Assembly (NCBI GenBank): GCA_965205025.1
Contig: CBDBFU010000026.1
Location: 96,001 to 160,000 of the forward strand
Direction of reading: 5' to 3'
DNA from: Candidatus Poribacteria bacterium
Lineage (GTDB): Bacteria; Poribacteria; WGA-4E; WGA-3G
Length of the DNA stretch: 64,000 nucleotides
Program-made: the position numbers and the translations under genes
Part shown: piece by piece, positions 9,838 to 19,767 of the stretch
Numbering within the stretch: the first letter of the stretch is position 1
Layout: every line of letters starts with the position of its first letter
The notes under the pieces: model-generated
The model's database searches: none
The model's input: the letters and a program-made list of their open reading frames with translations, nothing else
What the model was told of the DNA's origin: nothing

Positions 9838-11337
9838 TTAATCTCCGACTGCAACATTGGTCAACCTTTGAATAGAAGTTTGCCAGTCACATAATTTCTG
9901 CTCACGATGGTCCTTGTTCAACTGTGGTGAAAAAACAGTATCAATTTTTCTATGCTTTTCAAGTTCTTCTACATTCTGCCATACCCCTGAAGTTATACCT
10001 GCAAGATACGCTGCACCGAGTCCTGTTGTTTCGATCTGTGTAGGTCGTTCCACCTCCATGTCTAATAGGTCAGCCTGAAACTGCATCAGGAAATTGTTTG
10101 CTCCAGCTCCTCCATCTACACGTAATCGCTTAAGACATATATCAGAATCATCAATCATTGAACGGACGACATCCGCAGATTGAAAAGCGATTGATTCCAA
10201 TGTGGCACGTACAATGTGTTCGTGAGTTGTTCCCCTTGTTAATCCGAAAATTGCTCCTCTTGCATCTGCATCCCAATAAGGAGCACCTAATCCTGTAAAA
10301 GCAGGAACAACAACAACTCCAGCAGAATCATTAATACTCTTAGCAATTTCCTCTGTTTCTGAGGCAGATTCAATCAATTTCAAACCATCTCTTAACCATT
10401 GAATTGCTGCACCTGCAATAAATACGCTTCCTTCTAATGCATACACAGGTTTTTCATTCAAACTACAAGCAAGCGTTGTTAATAAACCGGTTTGTGATTC
10501 AATCCTTTTTGTACCGGTGTTTAACATCAAGAAGCATCCAGTTCCATAAGTGTTTTTCACCATACCCGGTTTCCAGCAAAGCTGACCAAATAAAGCAGAC
10601 TGTTGATCACCTGCTATACCAGCAATCGGTATTTGGTCTAATGGTGTAATCTTTGCATATCCAAAGTCATTGGCAGATGGACAGACTTCTGGGAGTATAT
10701 TCTTTGGAATGTTAAAAATATCTAATAGTGTATCATCCCAGGTGAGGGTATCAATATTGAACAAAAGAGTTCTGGATGCGTTTGTATAATCTGTCTTATG
10801 TATACCACCATCAGTTAATTTCCATAACAACCACGAATCAATTGTCCCAAATGCAAGGTTGCCACGTTTCGCCTTATCTCTGGCACCATCTACATTGTCA
10901 AGAATCCAACCCACTTTTGTCGCAGAGAAATAGGGATCTATCACAAGACCGGTTTTAGATTTTACCTGTTCTGAGACACCATCTTGTGCTTTAAGATTTG
11001 CACAAATATCAGATGTACGACGGCATTGCCATACAATTGCAGGATAGATAGGTGACCCTGTATCACGATCCCATATAACTGTAGTTTCACGCTGATTCGT
11101 TATACCAATACCGGTGATATTGTTTTTATTATCTATACTATCTATTGCTTCTGATATTGCTTTTTGAGTGGCAATCCAAATCTCTTCTGGGTCGTGTTCC
11201 ACCCACCCAGGATGTGGATAATGTTGCGTAAATTCCTGATATCCTTTGGATACTATCTTACCAAAATTATCAACAAGGAGGATTGTTGAACCGGTAGTTC
11301 CTTGGTCAATCGAGAGAAGGTAGGATGAACTTGCCAT
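9838..11337 (-). CDS. glpK: Glycerol kinase
   Basis: SIDQGTTGS, GITNQRETT, IVWQCRRT, DPYFSATK, GDQQSALFGQ, KNTYGTGCF motifs. Confidence 0.97.
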   Translation of the reverse strand: MASSSYLLSIDQGTTGSTILLVDNFGKIVSKGYQEFTQHYPHPGWVEHDPEEIWIATQKAISEAIDSIDNKNNITGIGITNQRETTVIWDRDTGSPIYPAIVWQCRRTSDICANLKAQDGVSEQVKSKTGLVIDPYFSATKVGWILDNVDGARDKAKRGNLAFGTIDSWLLWKLTDGGIHKTDYTNASRTLLFNIDTLTWDDTLLDIFNIPKNILPEVCPSANDFGYAKITPLDQIPIAGIAGDQQSALFGQLCWKPGMVKNTYGTGCFLMLNTGTKRIESQTGLLTTLACSLNEKPVYALEGSVFIAGAAIQWLRDGLKLIESASETEEIAKSINDSAGVVVVPAFTGLGAPYWDADARGAIFGLTRGTTHEHIVRATLESIAFQSADVVRSMIDDSDICLKRLRVDGGAGANNFLMQFQADLLDMEVERPTQIETTGLGAAYLAGITSGVWQNVEELEKHRKIDTVFSPQLNKDHREQKLCDWQTSIQRLTNVAVGD

Positions 11338-11545
11338 TTCTTATTCCCAGCCAGTCATTATGACACCTATTTTAGCCAACAGATACCGTAAAGTCAAGGT
11401 AAATACAGAACCATGCTAACCGAAACATGTATACATGACTTACGCATGATAAAAACATAATAGTATTATTTTTATGATAAGTAATGCCATTTCTATAATT
11501 TATTCTCCCATGATTAGGTGATATTCTTCCTCCCAAATGCCAAAC

Positions 11546-11563
11546 GTGTATTTGGCGTTGATT
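11546..11563 (+). repeat. Left copy of 18-bp direct repeat GTGTATTTGGCGTTGATT
   Basis: Identical to 13923..13940; both copies are preceded by AATGCCA, which can pair with the repeat. Confidence 0.8.
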
Positions 11564-11829
11564 CACCGCATTCAACTCTACAAGAACTGAAAATTACCTA
11601 ATAAAATTTTTAATCTTCATTTGGTTCCATTTTCTTCACATCTCACAAGTTTTTTTAGAGAATTTACAAGAAAATCTGCAATTGCTATTAACTTTTTCTA
11701 TTTTAAGACTGATATATAGTTTAAGTAAGAGTAATTGACAAATCAATGTCAAGTGTTTTCTCAGAAAATATAATAAATACGATATGCTTTTTTTGGCATA
11801 TCCTGTTATAATAATGAAGGAGAATAAAA

Positions 11830-12681
11830 ATGTTAAGATTAAAACCAATCGGTATCGCAGAAGCGATAATATGTTCCCTCTGCCTTGTCGGTCTTGTCAA
11901 TCATAGTGATGCAGCGTCTGTCACGTCGATGTCGGTATATTCGGGTGATGATTGGGGAGCAGGCACAACCGTCTCCGTTTCTCTGACAACGGATGAAGAT
12001 ATACACTTTATCGACTGGTATATAGATGATGAATATAGTTTCACGAGTTTGCACGGTAACACACAAAGTGTGTATGTATACCTGGGCACGTTTGACGGTA
12101 ACATAAAAGGCATAAAGTATGATGTTAGGGCAGTCGTGTCATTTGTGGAATCCTCTGATGCGGATGGTTCCGACACGTTCCGCGTCTATAAACCGATCTA
12201 TTTGTCTCGAACAGGCGAAGATACGGGTGCCCAGGGATACGCAGAGATTTCAAGTTTCTACTATACCGGTTCGCATATTATTATGTCTTCTTACGCCTAT
12301 GCCTCTAACCCAAGAGATAACCGCAAGGCGGATGACCCAAACAATAACACGCTAAGAGTGGCGCCGTGGTTCTGGACGCAGAAATACACTGCACCCGATG
12401 GTAACGGGGGAGATGAACGTCGAGATACCAAAGTCCCCGAAGATATTGAAGTGGGTGAAACCTCTCAGTATTTTTACGGCGGTCCTCATACTGACGAGGG
12501 TCTACCCTTCGATCGTTGGATCGGCACACTGGAAAAAGATGAGGAGGTTTATTATAAAGCGCATACGCACCTTAGGGTGTCTACAATACAGGGCAATCAT
12601 AAGGAGGACAACTGGGAAGTAGATTCACAACAGCAGACAAGCACAGCTGCTGTGACGTTTACTGCGGCGGATGGGCCATAA
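11830..12681 (+). CDS. Secreted hypothetical protein (beta-rich)
   Basis: AAGGAG RBS, N-terminal signal peptide ending ..HSDA, 283-aa ORF; no recognisable catalytic motif. Confidence 0.75.
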   Translation: MLRLKPIGIAEAIICSLCLVGLVNHSDAASVTSMSVYSGDDWGAGTTVSVSLTTDEDIHFIDWYIDDEYSFTSLHGNTQSVYVYLGTFDGNIKGIKYDVRAVVSFVESSDADGSDTFRVYKPIYLSRTGEDTGAQGYAEISSFYYTGSHIIMSSYAYASNPRDNRKADDPNNNTLRVAPWFWTQKYTAPDGNGGDERRDTKVPEDIEVGETSQYFYGGPHTDEGLPFDRWIGTLEKDEEVYYKAHTHLRVSTIQGNHKEDNWEVDSQQQTSTAAVTFTAADGP

Positions 12682-12693
12682 CCCTATTGCAAC

Positions 12694-12728
12694 GGCAGGG
12701 GCATGCACCCCTGCCATTCCTTCTTTTA
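12694..12728 (+). terminator. Intergenic hairpin or terminator
   Basis: GGCAGGGG-CATGCA-CCCCTGCC followed by a T-rich tract. Confidence 0.55.
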
Positions 12729-12740
12729 AGGAGCAGAACC

Positions 12741-13778
12741 GTGAAAAGACACAAAGTTTTCTTGTTGTCCTTGCTGCTACTGCTTGTGTCAACTGCAGCG
12801 GACACCAAAATCGTTTTCACTTCAGAACGCAACGGTATTGATGGGGTCTACGTGATGGACGATGACGGTAGCAACGAGACACTACTTACCGACCTGTTGG
12901 ACCCCGGCCTACCGAGTTGGTCTCCCGACGGCAGACAGATTGTATTTAATAGATATGTGCATCGTAGTAGTGTTCTTTGCTTGATGAATCCGGACGGCAC
13001 AAACATTCGTCAACTCACAGAAGCTGATCATATCAATAGAGCTTCATTTTCACCGGACGGCAAATTTCTCGTTTTTAAGAGACGCATTGAGGATCCCGGT
13101 GATTGGAAAGACCGCACCATCGTCCTCAATATAGAAACGGGAAAGATGAAAGAGATCTCGGATTTCTGGGGTAACCAACATGATTGGTCGCCAGATGGCA
13201 AGCATATAATCTGTGCAGAACCTTGGACGCACGGTGTCAATAATACGATTTGGATTATGGATGCTGATGGTGACAACCTACGCAAACTGATACTCGCAGT
13301 GGCTTTTGACGGAGAATTCACGATTCGCCGTCAATGTCCGCGCTGGTCGCCAGATGGCAAACAGATTGTGTTCCTTCAGGTGGAGTGGAAAACTGTGCGT
13401 CCTCTGAATGGCAGGGAAGGACCTTTCTTCAAGGCGTTTCGGTATATGACATGCAATCGCAACGGAGAAAACCTCAGACCGCTCCATATACCGAAGGACA
13501 TGGAAGGGCGTAACGTTGACTGGATGGATGACGGTGAATCAATCGTTTTTAGTGCGCGTGCTGCTATCCCTTTGAACCAACCGCTACCGCATGATTTTGA
13601 GTTTCCACCACCGAATATCTACAAATATCATATTCGGACACGCGATATGACACGGATCACAAACCATCCGGGCCGTGATTATACAATAGATTGGATAAGT
13701 GATGATGTGCTGCCTGTGTCGCCGCAAGGCAAAAAAAAAATAACGTGGGGGCAGGTGAAGCAACAAGACAGTGATTGA
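12741..13778 (+). CDS. Secreted TolB-like (PD40) beta-propeller protein with the lineage C-terminal motif
   Basis: GTG after AAGGAG; signal peptide; KIVFTSER and WSPDGxxIVF repeats; tail LPVSPQGKKKITWGQVK. Confidence 0.88.
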   Translation: MKRHKVFLLSLLLLLVSTAADTKIVFTSERNGIDGVYVMDDDGSNETLLTDLLDPGLPSWSPDGRQIVFNRYVHRSSVLCLMNPDGTNIRQLTEADHINRASFSPDGKFLVFKRRIEDPGDWKDRTIVLNIETGKMKEISDFWGNQHDWSPDGKHIICAEPWTHGVNNTIWIMDADGDNLRKLILAVAFDGEFTIRRQCPRWSPDGKQIVFLQVEWKTVRPLNGREGPFFKAFRYMTCNRNGENLRPLHIPKDMEGRNVDWMDDGESIVFSARAAIPLNQPLPHDFEFPPPNIYKYHIRTRDMTRITNHPGRDYTIDWISDDVLPVSPQGKKKITWGQVKQQDSD

Positions 13779-13802
13779 CCGCTGGTATAGTATAGAATTT
13801 TC

Positions 13803-13838
13803 AGGCAGGTATCCGTTGTGGTATCTGCCTATTTCTTT
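13803..13838 (+). terminator. Rho-independent terminator
   Basis: AGGCAGGTATC-CGTTGT-GGTATCTGCCT then ATTTCTTT, just after the TolB-like gene. Confidence 0.65.
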
Positions 13839-13861
13839 GCGTAGTGTGAAAGTCTATATTT

Positions 13862-13881
13862 ACGACTTGTGTCAGTTAACT
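13862..13881 (+). mobile_element. Orphan IS982-like terminal inverted repeat
   Basis: ACGACTTGTGTCAGTTAACT matches the IS end at 52377 (ACGACTTGTGCCAGTTAACT) at 19 of 20 positions. Confidence 0.7.
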
Positions 13882-13922
13882 GATTGTTCAACGGTATGAA
13901 TGCCATACGCGCATTCTACCGA

Positions 13923-13940
13923 GTGTATTTGGCGTTGATT
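13923..13940 (+). repeat. Right copy of 18-bp direct repeat GTGTATTTGGCGTTGATT
   Basis: Identical to 11546..11563. Confidence 0.8.
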
Positions 13941-14019
13941 TTGACTTGGAAATCCAATCAAAAATCATATATGGAATGACGAAAGTTCTTGCATTGTCAA
14001 CATCTGTCTGATTTTTCCG

Positions 14020-14048
14020 TTGACATTGTAGGGTTCACATGATATTTT
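14020..14048 (+). promoter_or_regulatory. Sigma70 promoter for the peptidase operon
   Basis: TTGACA-N17-TATTTT with TG extension. Confidence 0.5.
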
Positions 14049-14204
14049 AATACATCAATACATTAACTGATTTTTGAAAAACAAATTTGTTAAGCAACTT
14101 AATCTTATACATCTAATATCACAAGATTATAGTTATCAACCTCTGAATCATCGTTAGAATCAAAATGAATATATAAATTTTCAAAATCAGAGAGGAGTAA
14201 AATA

Positions 14205-16094
14205 GTGAAAAAGGTTTTGCTTTGTGCACTTGTAGTTTTTTGTCTGGTTACAGTCCACACAAATGCACAAATTGAATGGGACGCAAATAAGTTTATGCCA
14301 TTAGCTGAAATAAAACCAGGCATGAAAGGTAAAGGCTATACTGTATTTAATGGAACAAATGCTGAAGAGTTTACCTTTGAAGTTGTCAGCATTATATATA
14401 ATGACGCCTCCCCAGGATGGCATGTGGTATGGGCAGAAGGGACAAGTGAAAACTTTAAAAAGACTGGTGTCGCTGGTGGAATGAGCGGTAGTCCTGTTTA
14501 TATTGATGGTCGGCTGATGGGAGCAATTTCTCTTGGATATTTCAATCAACGAGAACGTTCAAACATCTTTGGCATTACCCCATTTGAATTAATGGTGAAA
14601 GTTACTGAACATGGGATGAAACCCAACCTACTCTATGCAGGTGAACAATTCTTGCACATGGGATCGGAATATGTTAATGAAGGACTCAATATGATTCCTT
14701 TACCTGGTAACGAAAGTAGAATTGAGAGAACTAATTCACATAAGACAGATTCACTAATACATCCAAGAAACGACATTGATTGGAAGATGACGCAATTAGC
14801 AATACCTGTCACACTGCCACGTCTTGATGCAGCAACAATGCAAATTCTGAAACCATTCTTTGAGCGAGGAAATATGATACCTTTACAAGGACTGGGGGGT
14901 GGTGGTCCAGTTAAAGAGTCTCCAGTTGAAGGTGGACAAACGGTAGGTAATGAGGTCTTGCGTGGTGATGTCGCAGGATTCGGGTTTGGGACAATTACAT
15001 ACGTTGATAAAGAAAAGAAACAATTACTTGCCTATGGACATCCCGCATTTAGTGAAGGAAATGTCAATCTACCACTTTCTGGTGGTCATGTACATTTTAT
15101 TCTTCCAAGTCGTACGCGTTCATCTAAAGTTGCCTCCGCAACACAACCCATTGGCACTTTAGTACAAGATAGAGTGCCAGCTATTGCAGGAATAATTGAA
15201 GAAGTACCAAATACACATCACTATCTACCGGTGTCTGTAAAGATACAAACATCAGATATGAAAGTACATGAAAAGTACTATGAAGCAGCACGCGATAAGA
15301 TGTTTACAGCAGTATATGCTTCTTCTGGCATTTCATCTCTTATTAATGCAATGGAATTCAGTGGGAATGATTACACTATTGATGTTAATGCAAAAATTAA
15401 GCTTAGAGATCAGCCGGAATTAAATACCAATGAATTAGTGCTAAACAACACCTATTCTTCATCCGGATCTCCTGCTTTTAATGCCTCACAGTTAGTCATG
15501 GGACCGTTGATGGACTTGATAGTAAATCCGTATACAAAAGTTAGAGTAGAATCGATTGATTTCAACGTTAAAGTTGAGGACAGACGTAAAACAGCTTCCA
15601 TCTTAACCACTCAGGTAGATAAACAGGTCTACCGTCCAGGAGAAGAGATTACTGTCACCCTTAGTATCCGTCCTTACCTTGAGAAACCCAAGACTATGAC
15701 TGCCTCAATTAAAATTCCTGATGACACTGCTGATGGAATTGTCTTGCTACGTGGAATGAGTGCCGGAACATACCGGTCATGGAGACTCTCACGAGCTCCA
15801 GGGAATTTTCAAGCGAAGAATATCAATCATCTGATGGAATTGTGGCAAAATGATCGTCAACCTAATACTGATCTTATATTGGAGATTTCTCAACAAAAAC
15901 CGGGATTAACAGTTCAAGGACAGGAATTCCCGGATCTACCAATATCTGTTATGTCGGTCATGAATACTGGATTGCGTATCGGGGAAAATAGGTATACCAA
16001 TGGTACAGAATTACAAACTAACAATGTGAAAACAGATTATATCATATTTGGTAGTTTTACATTTCCTATCGCAATTGATAGTAATGCTCAATAA
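14205..16094 (+). CDS. Secreted SpoIVB-like peptidase (S55 family)
   Basis: Signal peptide; IKPGMKGKGYTVF, GVAGGMSGSPVY (catalytic Ser motif), GTITYVD, AYGHP. Confidence 0.88.
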   Translation: MKKVLLCALVVFCLVTVHTNAQIEWDANKFMPLAEIKPGMKGKGYTVFNGTNAEEFTFEVVSIIYNDASPGWHVVWAEGTSENFKKTGVAGGMSGSPVYIDGRLMGAISLGYFNQRERSNIFGITPFELMVKVTEHGMKPNLLYAGEQFLHMGSEYVNEGLNMIPLPGNESRIERTNSHKTDSLIHPRNDIDWKMTQLAIPVTLPRLDAATMQILKPFFERGNMIPLQGLGGGGPVKESPVEGGQTVGNEVLRGDVAGFGFGTITYVDKEKKQLLAYGHPAFSEGNVNLPLSGGHVHFILPSRTRSSKVASATQPIGTLVQDRVPAIAGIIEEVPNTHHYLPVSVKIQTSDMKVHEKYYEAARDKMFTAVYASSGISSLINAMEFSGNDYTIDVNAKIKLRDQPELNTNELVLNNTYSSSGSPAFNASQLVMGPLMDLIVNPYTKVRVESIDFNVKVEDRRKTASILTTQVDKQVYRPGEEITVTLSIRPYLEKPKTMTASIKIPDDTADGIVLLRGMSAGTYRSWRLSRAPGNFQAKNINHLMELWQNDRQPNTDLILEISQQKPGLTVQGQEFPDLPISVMSVMNTGLRIGENRYTNGTELQTNNVKTDYIIFGSFTFPIAIDSNAQ

Positions 16095-16154
16095 ACCACA
16101 TTACGGATTAATATTACTCTATATAATAGTGCAGTATAACAGGAGGAATGTTCT

Positions 16155-18264
16155 ATGCACCGTGCGTTTCGTTTTTGTATCCTAATAACAACTGTTTTAA
16201 TTTATGTAAGTCTCGCTTCAGCTGTGACAACCTCGTTGTGGGAACAACAATCCCGTACAGATTTTTGAAGCGGGAGAGATCAAGGATATATCAGTTAGTA
16301 GTTTGGGAGATGCAATGTTATCTCTCAAGATTGAGGAATTTTCAGAAGTCAAAGAAGCTCAAGTATGGGCGCTTGCAGAAGATTCAGATGGAAATATATA
16401 TGCTGGAACCGGTATTGAAGGAAAAATCTATAAAATTAGTGCAGATGGTAAAACGGTATCACTGTATTACGATTCACCCGAGGTAACTATTTATAGTCTC
16501 GCAATTAAAGATGATGGGACACTTTACGCAGGTACAGGACCGGACGGCCTCATATATAAAATCACAGATCAAGATACACCACCTAAAACAATACTCAGTA
16601 AAGGTGATAAATATGTATGGGCACTGCATTTAGATGGAGATGGAAACCTATATGCAGCAACCGGTACTGAAGGTAAGATATATAAAATCACACCTGAGGA
16701 TGAAGTAAATGTATTATTTGATGCAGAAGAGAAAAACATCAGATCTTTAGTCGCAGCCGATGAAGGATTCTATGCAGGTAGTGGTGATAACGGCATCATC
16801 TATAGGATAATGCAAGATGGTTCTGCGAATGTTGTATATCAAGCAAAAGAAAAGGAAATACGAGATCTTGTCACAGACAGTGAAGGAAATGTATATGCTT
16901 CAGCAATTACTTCACTGCCGGTAGATAGAGGAAATCGAGCACAGAGTCGAGGTCCTGCTGTTCCAAGTCCACAACCACCAGGAAGTGGACCACCTAAAGA
17001 AAATAAGTCTTATATATATAAGCTGCATCCTGATGGAACAACCGCATTAGTTTGGACTTCTACAGAACCACTTATCTTATCAGTTGTTTTAGAAAATGAC
17101 GAACAACTCTTAGTGGGTACTGGAGATAAAGGGAAGTTATACCGTGTCAACACGAAAACAGGTGAATTTGCATCAATCGGGAAATGCTCAAGTAAAGAAG
17201 TGGTTACTATACATCAAATAAAGCAAGATGATGGAATGAGGACTGTTATCGGAACTGGAAATCCTGGAAAACTCTTTTCTGTAACTTCATCCTATGTTGA
17301 AGAAGGAACGCTTGAATCTTCGGTTCATAACACCCAAAGTCTGTCACGTTGGGGTAAACTTTCTTGGGAAGCCAATGTTGAAGATGGTACATCACTGACT
17401 TTTTCTACTCGTACAGGGAATACCAGAAAACCTGATGATACATGGAATGATTGGTCAGAGGAACTTACAACCGCTGAAGGATCACAAATTCCTAATGCTG
17501 ATGCTCAATATATCCAATGGAAAGCTAAGTTCACTACTACTGAAGTAGGGAAGACACCTATTCTGAAGAAAGTCTCACTCGCTTCAGCACAAGCCAATAT
17601 TAAACCTTTGTTTTCTGGAATCAGTATTAATACTGGTAGTGGTAGTAGTAGCAGAAGTAGTGCACAAAGACCAGGACCACCGGCTCCAAGTGGTTCGAGT
17701 CGGGGATCATCACCTGCAACACCGAAAAAGTGGAAAGTTGAATGGAAAGTAGCTGATGCTAATAAAGATACTTTGCAATTTAACCTATACTATAAAGGTG
17801 TTGATGAGGAGAATTGGAAACTCCTGAAGAAGGAACTTTCCGCACCAAGTTATGATTGGGATATTACTACCGTTGCTGATGGTAGATACGAGTTGAAAGT
17901 AAATGCTACAGATAAATTAAGCAATCCGGTAGGATGGGAAAAATCTGCTGAAAAGATGAGCACACCATTTAATATTGACAATACCGATCCCGAGGTGGGA
18001 GACATCGAAATTGCTGACAATGGTGACGGAAGCTATAAAATCACATGTAGTGTTTCAGATATGATGAATACTGTTGAAAAAGCAGTTTACAAAATTGATA
18101 ACGATGAAAAATGGAAAGTGATCTTCCCTGAGGATGGTATCTTTGATTCCAAGGAAGAAAATCTTCTATTAGAAACTGGTAAATTGTCTGAAGGTCCACA
18201 TAGTATTATAATACGTGTAACCGATAGAGCAAAGAATGTAGCAACTGGACGCGCAAGTTTCTAA
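16155..18264 (+). CDS. Secreted beta-propeller plus Fn3/Ig-like protein; apparent +1 frameshift at T-run 16262-16266
   Basis: AGGAGG then ATG 16155 gives signal peptide MHRAFRFCILITTVLIYVSLASA VTTSLWEQQSRTDF; removing one T joins it to ORF 16303..18264 (repeats VWAL..D.DGN.YAGTG..GKIYKI). Confidence 0.85.
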
Positions 18265-18286
18265 ATTTTCATCTATTGTATTAATC

Positions 18287-18327
18287 AACAGAGAAGGGCA
18301 GGTAATCTACCTGCCCTTCTCTGTTTT
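18287..18327. terminator. Bidirectional terminator between convergent genes
   Basis: Perfect 18-bp stem AACAGAGAAGGGCAGGTA-ATC-TACCTGCCCTTCTCTGTT. Confidence 0.85.
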
Positions 18328-18396
18328 CGTAATGGAAAACTTCTCAGATTTTGGTACGTTTCCTCATAAAAATTTAATATGGGAATAGTCTTCAAT

Positions 18397-19767
18397 TCAT
18401 GGATTAAACTCTGTCACTTCAGCAATCGCCTTATAGGTAATATCCAGCAGAGAGTCTAATTCCGAAATTGTGATCTGCAATGGTGGCATCAATACAATTG
18501 TATTCACCAAAGGACGGAGAATCGCGCCACGTTCAAGTGCAGCCTTGCAAACTCTAAGTCCAACTTTTTCTTCAAATGGATATAGAGTTTGTCTCTTAGT
18601 ATTTTCCATTAATTCTATTCCTACAGCCAGACCACAAACACGAATATCCCCGACATGATTCAAAGTGTAGAATTCTTGAAGTCTGTCCTGTAAATGCTGT
18701 ATTGTCACTTGTATTTTTCCGATAAGATTTTCACGTTCAAATATAGAGATATTCTCCAATGCTACTGCACACCCTAAAGGGTTTCCAGTAAAAGTATGTC
18801 CATGAAAGAAAGTCTTAAGGTCGCTATAATCCCCAAGGAACACTTCATAGATGTCATCTGTAGTTAGGGTTGCAGCAAGTGGAAGATAACCCGCTGCTAA
18901 TCCTTTAGCAGTACATAAAATATCCGGAGATACATCCTCATGCTCACATGCCCACATCCTTCCAGTCCGTCCAAATCCTGTCATTACTTCATCTACGATA
19001 AGAATTGTTCCATAATGACTTGCTAATTCTTCAACACCCTTTAAAAACCCTTTAGGTGAAATTAACATTCCACCTGCTCCTTGTATAAGGGGTTCTAAAA
19101 TAATACCGGCAATACGACCTTGATTTTCTGTTAGAGCCCGGTCAACCGAATTAAGCCACCCTTCCTTTTCTAACGTAACATCATATTCTTTTCCTTGTGC
19201 TGTATATTGTTTTGGCACATTAACTCGGACATTTTCAAAGAGCAGGGAATTAAATGTACTATGAAAGGTGTGAATACCACCTACACTCATAGCTCCTACT
19301 GTATCTCCGTGATATGCATTATCAAAGTGAATAAATAATTTACGTTCTGATTCACCCTTATGTTGCCAATACTGAATTGAAAGTTTCAGTGCTACTTCAA
19401 CAGCAGTAGACCCGTTATCTGAATAGAATACTTTGTTTAGTCCTGAGGGTGTAATTTCAACAAGTTTTTTTGCAAGCTCAATGGCGGGAATATTACTATA
19501 ACCCAGCAATGTTGAATGTGCAATCTTATCTAACTGATTTTTTAGGGAGGTATTAAGTTGAGGGTGGTTATGACCGTGGATATTCGTCCACATTGATGCT
19601 ATACCGTCAAGATATTGATTTCCATCAATATCAATCAGGTAAACACCTTCACCACGTTCAATAATTACAGGATCATCTGAAAGCCAATCCTGCATCTGTG
19701 TAAAAGGATGCCAGAGATAACTCTTATCCCATTCAACTAACTTCTCTCTATCCCTTAAGTTTCGCAT
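18397..19767 (-). CDS. bioA: Adenosylmethionine-8-amino-7-oxononanoate aminotransferase
   Basis: WHPFTQM, YSDNGSTAVEVALK, YHGDTVGAMSVG, DEVMTGFGRTG, AKGLAAGYLPL, FFHGHTFTGNPL. Confidence 0.95.
   Translation of the reverse strand: MRNLRDREKLVEWDKSYLWHPFTQMQDWLSDDPVIIERGEGVYLIDIDGNQYLDGIASMWTNIHGHNHPQLNTSLKNQLDKIAHSTLLGYSNIPAIELAKKLVEITPSGLNKVFYSDNGSTAVEVALKLSIQYWQHKGESERKLFIHFDNAYHGDTVGAMSVGGIHTFHSTFNSLLFENVRVNVPKQYTAQGKEYDVTLEKEGWLNSVDRALTENQGRIAGIILEPLIQGAGGMLISPKGFLKGVEELASHYGTILIVDEVMTGFGRTGRMWACEHEDVSPDILCTAKGLAAGYLPLAATLTTDDIYEVFLGDYSDLKTFFHGHTFTGNPLGCAVALENISIFERENLIGKIQVTIQHLQDRLQEFYTLNHVGDIRVCGLAVGIELMENTKRQTLYPFEEKVGLRVCKAALERGAILRPLVNTIVLMPPLQITISELDSLLDITYKAIAEVTEFNP

Noticed and set aside
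11790-11812. Sigma54 promoter at TGGCAT
   Set aside because: No TTGC at the -12 position; the site fits an extended -10 sigma70 promoter better.
6522-13881. Composite transposon bounded by the two IS982-like ends
   Set aside because: The ends face outward, no target duplication is visible and the enclosed genes look like core genes.
16148-16486. 112-aa ORF as a separate gene
   Set aside because: Wrong frame; the ATG at 16155 has proper RBS spacing and encodes the signal peptide of the frameshifted propeller gene.
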